Below are positions 52,146 to 64,000 of a DNA stretch of 64,000 bases, piece by piece (the first letter of the stretch is position 1; each line of letters opens with the position of its first letter). Source of the stretch: Proteromonas lacertae (taxonomy: Eukaryota); NCBI GenBank assembly GCA_002245135.1, contig NGBS01000329.1:1-64000 (forward strand), written 5' to 3'. A model generated the notes under the pieces. The model did no database searches, was not told the DNA's origin, and saw only the letters and a program-made list of their open reading frames with translations. Both the position numbers and the translations under genes were made by a program.

Positions 52146-53742
52146 TTATAAGGCTATTTTATGACTTTTGAATTGACCATTCCTTCTTCTTCTCTTCTTT
52201 GGTTGTGTTGGTATTTCAGATATATTAGCAACCATCTTACTCTTCATTTTTTCTTCTTCTTTCTTCCTTTTCATTGCTTCTTTCTTTTCTACTTCTTTTT
52301 TAATCTCTTTTTCAGCCATTTTCTTTTCATTTTCCATCTCTTTTACAATAGATTCATCTACACTTTCTACTCTATGTAATAAAGTAACAAAAAATCCATT
52401 TGTATTATCTTCACTACTACATCTTATCATTTTATCTGTTTCTTTTTTGCTTAATCCTTCACATTCATCACCTCTATGTTTCCATTTAGGAATACATTTA
52501 ACAATCTCAAATTTACCATATTTTGAATCTAATTCACTAATTGCTTTACATACAACCATTTCATTTTCTTCTTTATAAATTGAACAAGTTGAATATGTGA
52601 TATATTCTACATCTGGAAATGCCATAGCATGAAGTAAACATTTCAATTGAAATGATGATAATAACTTTAATCTTTCTGGTGCTATTTTGGGCTGATTATT
52701 CTAATTAAAGATAAAAACAAATGATATAAATATATAAATACCATTGTATAATCCATCATCCCTGTTCCACTACAAGATGGATCTAGCAAAATTCCTTTTA
52801 CATTTTCATAATCAAGAGGATTGATTTCTAAGAAATCTCCACATTTTGAAACAACATTTGATATTTTATATTCTCTCATTCTTGATTTAAGTAAATTGAA
52901 TCTTTTCACATCTTTATCAAATGCAAATACTTTGTTAGTTTTACCAATTAAATTTGCTATATAAGAAGTCTTATTGCCTGGAGCAGCACAAGCATCGATT
53001 ATATTCCCTACATTTGGTTCTTTAAATGCTTTGTAGAGAATAAAAGGAGGAAAACAACTAGCTTTATCCTAGACAAAATAAATATATAGAAATAATAGAA
53101 GAATACTTGAATGAAACATTTCCCACTTGTTATTAGTGGATGATTATGAAGATCAATTGATGAAGGAATTGAGAGAATATCAGGAATAACATCATCTACT
53201 TTACATTCATAACCATCTTTTTCTAATTCTTCTTTTACTTCATCTATTGTTGCTAAAAACAAATTTACACGAATATAATGAGGGATCTATTGAATATATA
53301 ACAAGTATTATTTATACTTTCTTTATTAATTCTTGAGATGGAATAGAAGAGGAATATTTTTCTTTCAACTCAGAGAGAATTTCTTTTTTTGCTTTTATTG
53401 CTTTCTTTACATCATCATTTTTCTATTTTAAGTTTATGATAATATATTATAATACTCTTAATCCTTGACCATACAAATAATCATACAAACAGACTTTCAA
53501 TAATACAGGATTTATTGATGGGTTTTCTTTCTGAAGATTCGACTCATCTATGATTTGCTGGAGAAGAGTATTATATTGAATAACATGACTTGAAATGGCA
53601 AATACAGCTTTCTATTATTTCTAAAAAACAAAAACAATACTTTTTCTTTAATATTCTGATTAAAGCATAAAGTTTTCAAACTACCTTTCTTCTGAAAATA
53701 TTTATTCAGCACTTTTGAAGATTCAATCTGTAATTCACTCAT
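52146..53742 (-). CDS. NSUN5: Large-subunit rRNA m5C methyltransferase NSUN5/Rcm1
   Basis: GSLKTL, YIRVN, IDACAAPGNKTS, ILLDPSCSGTG, ITYSTCSIYKEENEMVV, TNGFFV. Confidence 0.92.
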
Positions 53743-53775
53743 TTTTAATTATGAAACGAATATATTTCTTTCAAC

Positions 53776-56700
53776 ATGCATCAAGCCAAGCACATTTGTG
53801 TTTTTGCTTTATTCATCTTATTGGGCTTGCATAACACTGTTAATTGCTTTGAAATAAAATCAATTAATGGTAGTATAGCAGGACAAGCAGCAATTATTTT
53901 AAGTTATACAGCGGATCAGATTCTTCAGTTGAAAGGTAGTGATTTTGATGAGAATTACCGTGTATCACTTCAAGATGGTGATTGTGGAGAAAATCTAAAA
54001 ACTGATCTTTACCACATCCCAATCCCTCTAAGAAAAGTAAATAAAGACCATACATCCGCTTGGTTGAGATTTTCATGGAATCATACAGAATATGTAGGTG
54101 TTTACAAGGTTTGCGGATCTACAGAAAAAGAAGGCAACAATTTCCCTTTATTCTCAGGTATCTATGTAGCTGTTCGAAGTATGTATGAATATTGCTGGGT
54201 TCGATAAAGGGCGTCCTTTTCGAATTTTGCCCTATTTTTGCCCCTTTTTTTTCAGCTGAAAAGAAGCCTGCCCCTTACTGCTCGGGCATAGTAATATTAC
54301 CATGTGTTATGCTGTAGTATATTTTTTCTGATTTTTTGTTATAACTTTTCCATATTATCATCTAGATATACTAACATATGTTAAAAAGGATATATTATTG
54401 TGTATTATAGCATAATAGTCATCTACTTTTCTTATGATTATATAATATCATATGTTTATGCATATATACTAATTATATAGAATATACATACTGTATATCA
54501 TATTCTGATATGCATATATATACATTATGTACATTTCAAGGTGATTGACGTCACTGAACATAAATGAAATTTATATAATAAATAATTTTGTATATTACAC
54601 ATATATCATATAGATAATTAAGAAGTATAGCTATAGAATGGGTATTTTCAGTTAATTGATAATCAATAGTACTTGTTATGATAATAACATAATATATTTC
54701 ATAAACTAATAGAAAAACTATTTCAAAATTACTATTTAGTATATTTTGCATACTACTTAATGTATTTCAAGCAATTATTTGAATACTTAGAAAATGGTTT
54801 GAGAATTTCGAGCTATCATTTTGCATTTCAATTGTATATGGGTAAAACGAGAGATGCTGTGTATAGATACTTTAATGAAGATGTGGTGTTAAAGAAACCC
54901 CTTGAAAAATACAACAGAATTCAATGCAGAAGGTGCAAGGCAATGATTATTGCTCATTGCACTAATTTGAAACGTCATTACAAAAAGTATAAATATATTT
55001 ATTATATTTATTAAATTAGATGTAGTGAAAAGCTAATCCAATCAAAACTTACATAATTGAGATATGATGAACGTGCAATAAACTTAATGGTGACCAAATA
55101 TCTTATAGAAAATAACTTAGCTTTCAGAACCATACAATCTAAATCCTTTAAAAATCTAATATATACATTAAATCCAACTACAAAGTCAATAACAATAAAC
55201 AAAATAAAAGCATCAATGAACGAAGAAGCAGAAAGAATAGTAAAGGAAATTGTAGATAACAGTAAAATATGTATAATTGTGGACGCTTGGAAATCAGTAA
55301 CCAATGAAAACGTTATTAATTTGGCAATAAAGAAAAGCAGTGATATTTCGTTTTTGGAATCCATTTATTTACATAAACGAGAAACATCAGAAAATATAGT
55401 GGAATTAATAATTCAAACATTAGTGAAGTATAAACTAGATATTAAAAACATTGTTGCTGTGAGTAGTGATAACAACTACACCATGAAAAAGATAAGTAGT
55501 ATTTTAGAGAAAAAAATAAATAGACCTGTAGTAAAGTTTGGATGTTTAGCACACATCCTAAACTTAATCAGTAAAAAAGTATTCGAAATAGAGAAATACA
55601 AAAAAGTGATAGTCATGTGTAATGACATTATTCATAAGTTAAATAATAATCAAAAGATTAGAGAAACTATATATTCAATTATACAAAAAAAATATCCAAA
55701 TACGCAAGGGTTGTGATACGAGATGGTCAAGCTATAGCGATGTATTTAGAAAAATATTACTCAATAAAGAAATTTTATTACAGATAAAATTATTAAAGGA
55801 AGAAGATATACAAGAAATTAAAGAATGCTACAAGATTGCAAAATATATTTCCACAAATATACACTTATTATGCAAAGATTCATCTACATTAAATGATGGT
55901 TTCAGAATATTGACCAAAATTAAAAGAAAGTTAATGAAAAGGTCATCAAGTGAAAAAGAACTTATTAAAGACATTATAAAAAAAGAGACTAGACATGCAA
56001 ACTACAGCATTTTAGCTCTATATGAATTTTTAGACATAAACAGTAAACATAAATTTTCAGACATGGAGAAGGATAATATAAAAAGATATATATTATCTAA
56101 ATTCAGCCCTATTTTAAATCAGAAAGCATTAAATGAGATTTATCATTTTGAAAGAAGAAAACCATACTGCAAAAAGTGCCCTTCAGATATATTTTCGAAA
56201 AAGATATCAACTAATATATGGTACAATATGTATGGAGTTTTTTACCCAAATGTTAAGAAGCTATATGATATTCTTTCAACTATTCCTGTCACAAGCTCAT
56301 TTATTGAACGTTCATTTAGTATTGAGGGAATAGTTCATAATCATATTAGAAATAAATTACAGCTTAATACTATAAATAATATTTTAAGAATAAAATATGA
56401 TTTATTAAAAGAAAAAAACAAAGAAAAAGATATAAATGAAGATGATAATGATATTAGTGAAGAAGAATATAATTTAGATGTGCTGAATGAAATTGATAAC
56501 AATATAGTATATGACACTTTAGATTATCAATGTTCTGGTGATGAAGATGAAAGTTCTGGTAGTTCTAGCGATGAAGGTTTAAGTGATGAAAGTTCTAGTG
56601 ATGAAGGTTTTAGTGATGAAGGATCTCAAAGCCCTTACTTTTAAGGCTATTATTATAATGAAATATTATTGTTTGTTATTGTTATAAGATAATAATACAT

Positions 56701-57885
56701 AATTATGAAAAGAATAAATATTTTTATAGCGTTTAATATCCCTAAAATCGCACAAAATATAAAAATTCAAATAAAATAATTGAAAAGGGCAAATTGTACC
56801 CTTTTCTATTTTTAGATAGTATAAAGGACGCCCCTTTCAATTTTTTGCCCGGGACATGCCCTTGTCCCGCCACTGCCCTGTCCCTTTATTATTCAACCCA
56901 GGTATGATGTTAGTGTATAAAAGTGTTTTAAATGACAGAAGAGACCCTTGGGATAGAATCCCTATGCCAAAAGATGCACTTTCTAAATTAATTATAAAAC
57001 CTCGTCAGGTACACACAATGACTAAACCAAATCCACCAAAGTCAAACTCACCAGTTAATATATTCAGACCAAGTACAATAATACCACCTCCAGCTAAAAA
57101 GAAATGCTTTTATAGTCGAGCTGTAGTCATTCGTTTAGATAATCCTTCTCCTTTACAACTGGAGAGATATATGATGTGGGAGAATTCTTTAAACTCTACT
57201 TTTGATGTATGGTATATAATCCATCGAGATGATGCCAATATAACGTATTCATTTGATAAAACGTTTTATATTTCAACAAAAGAATTAATGAATAATTATA
57301 AAGAATTGAGTGATTTTAAGAAAGCCAAATCATTGTGTAGAACAATTAAACCGTAATGATAATGAATTTTATATGTGGATAAGTCACAGTGAATCAATAA
57401 TCTTATGGTATGAAACAATAGGTCGATGTTATAATAATATTTGGATATTAGAACAAGATGTTGGTTATAGTGGAAATTTTTGTGAATTTTTAAATAGTTT
57501 TAACAGTGATAATAGTGATTTAATCAGTTATGATATTCGCAAAGACAGTCCTGATAGTTATTGGCATTATTACTGTGAAAGTGATAAATATATGAAATAT
57601 CAACAAGATTATCAAAGTAAACACAATTTAGATAATATAGAATATACAAGTCGAGAGTTTATTCAACGATGGAGTAAGAAGTTGATGGAAATAATAGAGA
57701 ATGAAGTGAACAATGGTTATCATGCAATCAGTGAGACATCGGTAGCTCAAGCAGTGATTTATCATAATCTCACTTATAGATTGTTTGACAAGAAGAAAAT
57801 CAAACCAATGTTTGATGTATTCTCTAAATTACAAGCAAAAAAGTGGAAGAATAACTTCAAATTGGATAAAAAGAAGAGAGATTAA
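53776..57885 (+). CDS. Putative secreted, possibly glycosyltransferase-like protein split by hAT element 2 in its intron; 1-nt frameshift near 57350
   Basis: Signal peptide; exon 1 ends at 54178, donor GT at 54179, in-frame acceptor AG at 56912-56913; downstream NIWILEQDVGYSGNF motif. Confidence 0.55.
54195..56901 (+). mobile_element. hAT DNA transposon 2 (2707 bp), related to element 1
   Basis: Imperfect TIR CTGGGTTcgATAA / rc CTGGGTTgaATAA; GCCC/GTCCC subterminal repeats. The flanking 8-mers GAATATTG and GTATGATG match only 5/8. Confidence 0.85.
54838..56644 (+). CDS. hAT transposase, 1 intron, one frameshift near the A-run at 55685
   Basis: BED finger CRRC...LKRH with intron 54987-55019; IVDAW, SSDNN, CLAH, RWSS, IERSFS; acidic tail. 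Confidence 0.85.
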
Positions 57886-58088
57886 CAATTTTCAATAGAA
57901 TTTTTACAGATATTCAAAGTAACTGTCTTTTTTTTCCTAATAAGTCGTTTTATTTTATTTTATTCTTATAGTAATTATCTAGTTATAGAATTTATTGTGT
58001 GTTTTAGTTTTTTGTAATCTATTTTGAACAAGCTTAATCAAGCAAAGATATAAATTTCTTTTTTTAAATCTCATCACCAAGCACAAAT

Positions 58089-59592
58089 ATGTTCAGTCTA
58101 GCAATTAGTTCAACCATAGCTGATCAATATAAAGTATATATAGCATTTTAATCAATAGATATTGAAAACTTTACCTCATTCCGTTGATAGTTGGTTGTAT
58201 TACGTTGAGAATGTCAAAACTCAAAAGACCGAAGTTATGAAAATATTGAACATAGCAGGATACCAAAAGACTGTAGTAGACAAAATGGTAGAAACAATGA
58301 AACAAATTGAAGCTTTAAACTACTCTTACATTGTTAAATTCACCAATCTATGCAGAGAAGAAGATTATATAGTCACTGTATTGCCAAAGTATTATGCTTC
58401 AATCAGTGTTTTAAATCCAATCGAAACTTTCAAATCAACAGGTATCTACCCAGCAACTAAAGATCTCTGTGGAAGCATATCAGTCTTACACACAAACAAC
58501 ATTACTCATGGCAATATCAAGCCAAATAATGTATTATTATCAGAAGATGGACATTACTATTTAACCGATTATTGTAAGAATATGTTATATCAAACAAGCA
58601 ATGATCATGTAGCAGTTAATATGATTAATGCATCTTACTGCTGTCCAGAGCTATTGAAGAATATTGAATGTGATATAAGTGGTGATATTTGGTCATTAGG
58701 TTGTGTTATTTATTACCTACTAACAGGAGAACATGCATTTAGTGGAACTAATCAGTATGATATTCAGAAGAAAGTATTGAAGAGTGTCTTTACATATGTA
58801 ACTCCAGAGAAACAAGGTGAATTCAGTTATGTATGGAATGAATTATTTTTAAGAATATTCGTTATTAAAAGAGTTAAAAGAATCACTATCCAAGATGTAA
58901 TGGATATTTTGAAAGAAATCCCATTGTTAAAAACACCTATCAATTTACCAGTTAATCTAGAAACTGTAAAGAATGAAGATTATAGTAAAATGGACGATTG
59001 GGATAGAGAATCAATTGATACAAAGATCAATGAATATGTCAATGATGATACAGGATCAACAGAAATGTCTATATCTGGTGGATATATGCATGATGTTGGT
59101 TTTGAATATTTGAGTGATAATTTTGATAAAATCAAGACAGTTACAAAGTTAGATATGGCTGGAAACAATATTACTGATGTTGGTGTGAAATACTTTGCTC
59201 CAAAAATGAAGTTATTGCCAAATATTGTTGAATTGACTTTGAATGATAATAAAATCACTTCTGCTACTGTTCCTTATATTACTACTTATTTAAAAGAATG
59301 TAAATACTTTGAAACTTTGAATTTGAAAGGTAATAAGCTTCGAGATGAAGGTATGAAATATATATGTCAAAGTTTCAAAGATTTACCAAATCTTACAAAA
59401 TTGAATTTGAGTGAAAATGAGATTAGCACTGTTGGTATGGCTTATTTCATTCAATATTTACCACAATGCCCAAAGTTATATCATATTGAATTGGAAAAGA
59501 ATACCTTCTCTGCTGATGAAACTATCAAGAAAGAGTTGATTGAGAAAATTACAGCTGCAGCTGTTAGTAAAGATTTAGAATTGAAGTTATAA
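58089..59592 (+). CDS. Pseudokinase + RNI-like LRR protein, 1 intron
   Basis: HGNIKPNN (no catalytic Asp), DYC in place of DFG, DIWSLG; LRRs GNNITDVG, GNKLRDEG, ENEISTVG. Confidence 0.85.
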
Positions 59593-59657
59593 ATACTATA
59601 TATATTAAAGGATAAATTATTATATTATAATTATTATTATATTATATTGATATTGAC

Positions 59658-60429
59658 TTAATTTGTTTCAAGGTTACTTATTTTTTGTTTAAACCTATCT
59701 ATTTCTGTCTGAATTTGCTGTATTTGCAATTGTAAGTCAGATTTCTCACATTGATACTTCGAATCATTTGTTTGTTTTTGTTTTTGTAATGCTTTTTCTC
59801 TTTCTTCTAATAGTATTAAATTCTCACTATTAGCACCAACTGCTCCTTTCTTTTTACTAATTTCTTTTACTTTCTTTTCTAATACAATTTGCAGTTTTTC
59901 TATTACAACTTCTTGGCTTTTTATTGTTTCTCTATATTTTGGTAAATCAACGAGTTTCTCTTTTAATTCATTCAAGAGAGAGTTATTCTTCTTTATTTGA
60001 TTGGTTAATTGCTCAATTTTATCACCATTTGAACTAGTAGAATATTAAAAAAATAGTAAATAATACGAATGATTCTTTGTTTGTTCATATAAATCAGTTA
60101 ACCTTTTCATTAGTGTTTCATTTAGTTGTTTCTGTTCTTTATATCTCGTACCCCAAGCATGAAGATGTATATTATGAAAAAAACTCAAGTAATTAATGAT
60201 TTTCACAAAAAGATATATTTTGATAGTTTTTCATGATGAAAATTCTGTAACATATCTTCACTAAATATAGTACTAAAACATAAATCATCTACTTTTGTTT
60301 TATTCAGCTTATCTTCAAGAATCTAACAATAAATAAATGAAATTATACTTTTATAGTAGTAGTCAGATTTTTAATTTCTTCTTTAGATTCTAAAATCGAT
60401 TTTACAAGGTATGGATCATAATTACTCAT
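59658..60429 (-). CDS. Coiled-coil protein, 4 introns including a candidate AT-AC intron
   Basis: ATG at 60429. The spliced frame runs into ORF 59658-59975. Confidence 0.65.
60167..60216 (-). other. Candidate U12-type AT-AC intron (50 nt)
   Basis: 5' ATATCTTTTT, branch-like TTTCATAAT, 3' TAC. Removal gives in-frame ...EKLSKYLHAWGTRYKEQKQ... Confidence 0.65.
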
Positions 60430-60593
60430 TTTTAAATTTAAATTCGTTATTATGTAACAACTCTATTTTCAATAATTAAATAAAAGCAACAATATCCCCT
60501 CAAAAAACATATATTAAAATAAAATACTAATTAACTAATAATAAATATATAATATGGACAATAATATAATAATCTTATATACACCAAAGGAAT

Positions 60594-61700
60594 TTATACA
60601 TCTACACCATCCACATATTCTGTATTAGATTTGAACATAGCAACAGATGCTTTAGCAGCATCATAGTTGTTGTTACAATGAGATTTCGAACTTCTCGGGT
60701 CATTCGTCAAAATTGGAGAAGAAACTAATATAGTCTTCAATGTTCTAGAATGTTTCTTATTTGTCTGACATATTGACGATTCAGAGGAATGTGACATGGA
60801 TAACATCGGTCGTTGAGGCTTATCACTCGTTCTATTTATTGGAGGTTCTAAGAAACAATGAGCTGTGCATTTCGATGTATAAATAGTGAATATAAATCGA
60901 TCTACAACATCTATTGCTGCTGATAAAGGATCTTCATCATCTAGCAGTGCAAAATCGTATTTATAAGGATGAGGAATATCGAATATATATCGAAATAAAC
61001 TGTTTAAACAACAATCACTGGGAAACTTGCTATTATGCGAATTTTGATATTGTACTATCTCATTGAACCTTTTATTTCTATTTGATATCTGTTTACATGC
61101 TATTGTACCTACCACATAAGACCTTAAGGATTTTATAATGTAGTTTATTGGATCTCTGATAATTGGCTCTCTTAATGCCATTTGTTGGATGTTATTGATA
61201 CAAACTGTTTTATCACTTTCTTTAAATCTTTCGTAAAATATTCTATATGCATTTACATCATTAGGCTCGAATAAAGAAATCAATTTCTTAAATTGTTCTT
61301 CTTTCACTGGAAGAAATGGTGATATTTCCAAAGAAGCAAGTATTAGTTTAATTGTTTGCGGAGCTGGAAGTAAGCATATTATCATCATCAAAATAAAGTA
61401 ATTATTCCATACAATTTTGCCTTCTAATGGTGCTAGAATAGAAGAAAATATTATATTGCCTTTTAGCTTTTTCAAATTAATTAAACTTTCTGTTAGAATA
61501 TAATCTGTTCCATCAATGCTAATAAGAGATTAAAATAATCTTTCTATACTCAACTCGTCTTTCTCTGAAAAAATCATAAAATAACGCAACCTCCTGGATA
61601 TTAACTGAGAGATAACAATTAAAATTATACGATGCAAAGACTGAGAAAGTTTTACTGATGCTTTACTTAAAAAAGCATTCAATTTAGGGTATATTTTCAT
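60594..61700 (-). CDS. Hypothetical protein, 2 introns
   Basis: ATG at 61700 and two GT-AG introns lead into the 293-aa ORF. Confidence 0.55.
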
Positions 61701-61928
61701 ACAGAATGAGTCTCTCTGTCCATATAAAAATGGAATAACGTATTGTTGAATTACTTGTAATTATATGTAATTTTGACATTCATCATTCTTTTTGATTTTC
61801 AGCATTATTACATCAATAAACCACATCTATAAATTGTTTATATTTATTATTTTGATATTCCCAAAACAATTATTAAAAAAATACTAAAAACAATAATAAT
61901 TTGTCGATAAAAATCTAATAAAAAAAGT

Positions 61929-64000
61929 TTAGAGTGTGAAAATATTCTCATTATCATCATCACCATCATCATTATTCTCATTCTCATTTTCATTCTCATT
62001 CTCATTCTCATTCTTTTTTTCTTTCGAATTACTACTCTTTGAAGATCTCTTCTTCTCATGATAGTCTTCATCAATTCCTGAATCTTTTGATCTTTTTGAT
62101 TTTTTCTCTTTATGACTTTTACTTGAATTTGATCTTTTTCGTTTTAATGGTTTTTCATCATCTTCGTCATCTTCATCATTATCATCTTCTTCTTCCATTT
62201 CCATCTTCCTTTTCTTCTGCCTTTTCTGTTTTTGTCTTCTATTCTTTAATTTCTTAACTATTTCTTCATCATTTTCTACTTCATTTTCACTATTATCTCC
62301 TTCTTCTTCTTCTTCTTCCATTTCTTCATTCTTCACTTTCTTTCGTTTTGTTGTTTTCTGTTTCTTTATTTTAATCTCTTTTTCATCATCATTATCATCA
62401 CTAAAACTATCATTATCTACTTCCATTTCTACTTCTCTCTTTACTTTTACACTATTATTATTATCTTCTTCTTCTTTAACATTCTCATTGTTTTCTTCTT
62501 CATTATTATTATTATTATTATTTTCATTATCATTATCACTATAACTACTGCTACTGCTGTAATCATCATTACCATCTTGATAAACTGGATTAGATCTCAA
62601 CTCTCTCAATTTCATACTATATAAATACTTCTTCTCTGTATTCTCACTTGGATTAATTGGAGTCTTTGGCAATTCTGTCCATTGACTCAAATCCAATGAT
62701 TTCTTCTGTCGCCACTTTACATAATGCGACACACATAATGTCTTACTTCCCCATGGACCACAATTCCAACCGCTACTTTGACGTGCACCACAGTATCTGC
62801 ACCAATCTCCAGTATATTCTTCATATGGAATATCATAAGCAATTGGACTATCAGTTGGTGGAGGTAAAATATCAGCTTCTGTTTTACGCTGTTTATGATG
62901 ATGATGGTGGTGATGATGATGATGTTGATAAGCTGAATCTATTAATAATATTAATAAATAAAAATATAATATATGATATTATACTTGGTGGTTTTTTATA
63001 CTTTACTACACCTTCAGGAGCTTTATGTTTATAACACAATATTCGATGGGGTGAAATTTTCAAACCATCCGAATCACAAAAACAACCAAAATGATATGCA
63101 TTTGGACAACTAATACAAGTAATTAATGGTTTCTGTTTACTTGAACATTTCTTACAATAATGAAGAGGACATTTAAATGTATTTGTTCTACTGTTAAATA
63201 TAGTTTTGGGAAATCTTTTCACACATTTCTTATGATAATAAACATTACATTCAGGTATACAACATTGCAATATATTCGGCTGGTTGTGTTTACTACTTAC
63301 CTTCAACTCAGTATTTCTACCACATACTCTACAGGTATAAATGCTATTCTTACAATTATCACAGAGTATATTATGATCTCGTAATTTACGTGGAACAGAA
63401 GTGTCAAATTTGTCTTCATAACACCCTTTGTGATACATTCTACCACATGGTCCTTTACAGCGAACTATATAATTGTCATCATTGACAGAAACTGTACCAT
63501 CCTTCTGTGAACTTGGTGGAGTGTATTTGTAACAAATACAGCACACATCGTCGGAATATATAATGGGGATGCGATGTGGATCTGTCCTTTTACGAGTGTC
63601 TTCATTACTATAATCAATAAATAAATAAGAATATATAATATATATATACATATCAATTAAATTATCCAAATCTGATTTAGACAGTGTATTTATTTGTTGT
63701 CTCTTTCTAGTTGGTTTCTCAATTTCCTTCAACAACTTCGCTGCTTCATTTCTCTGCTCTAATGTAAAAGATTTCTTCATATTTTCCACTTGAGTTAAAA
63801 CCATCACTAAATTATCATAATATAATGGATTTGGATTTCCATCTAATTTCTGCTCAATTATATCATTGGCTAGAGTTCTATATTCATCAATATATGCTTC
63901 TATTGATTCTTTACTCTTTGTAGCTGTTCCATCATCCAATCTACTTAACATTGTCTCTCTACTGTCTTTTCCAAATACTTTCTTCCAGAAATCAGGATCA
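61929..64000 (-). CDS. Chromatin protein (5' end outside the window): NSD-like PHD finger cassette, poly-His tract, GATA-like finger, charged tail
   Basis: CKGPCGRMYHKGC, CCIPECNVYYHKKC, CPLHYCKKC, CISCPNAYHFGC; the spliced exon encodes CRYC-x18-CVSH. Confidence 0.8.

Noticed and set aside
55680..57360. Programmed frameshifting at the 1-nt frame breaks near 55685 and 57350
   Set aside because: Single-base indels in or near short homopolymers are more simply assembly errors or decay, and I saw no stimulatory structure.
1..64000. Blastocystis-style stop codons created by polyadenylation
   Set aside because: Every gene I could model has a genomic stop codon. This cannot be assessed further without transcripts.

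Overview
This is a very AT-rich, gene-dense eukaryotic window with many short GT-AG introns (mostly 25-45 nt). A mastigoneme-type EGF protein, a TTAGGG repeat and the intron size suggest a stramenopile, possibly a Blastocystis/Opalinata-like gut protist (inference). About 25 protein genes are present: ABCC transporter, CHCHD2/10-like, GnT-I/GT13, RACK1, SulP-STAS-cNMP, NOT3/5, SEC12-like, NSUN5, kinase-LRR proteins and a PHD/GATA protein. Three DNA transposons are also present: two related hAT elements with CTGGG...CCCAG ends and one intact DD34E Tc1-like element with 268-bp TIRs. Highlights: (1) a 9.7-kb palindrome carrying a head-to-head pair of TBC-PDZ-GRAM-myotubularin genes, identical except for about 105 N-terminal residues, with a hAT in one arm and its empty site in the other; (2) two candidate minor-spliceosome-type introns (AT-AC and AT-AG); (3) a Sig/Mas-type mastigoneme protein expanded by a triplicated ~1100-aa insert and carrying one in-frame TGA; (4) a membrane-anchored E/K helical stalk tipped with a CBM26-like starch-binding module; (5) a hAT inside a tiny intron whose terminal CAG is an in-frame acceptor. 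Gene models were spliced by eye, and several 1-nt frameshifts may be assembly errors.
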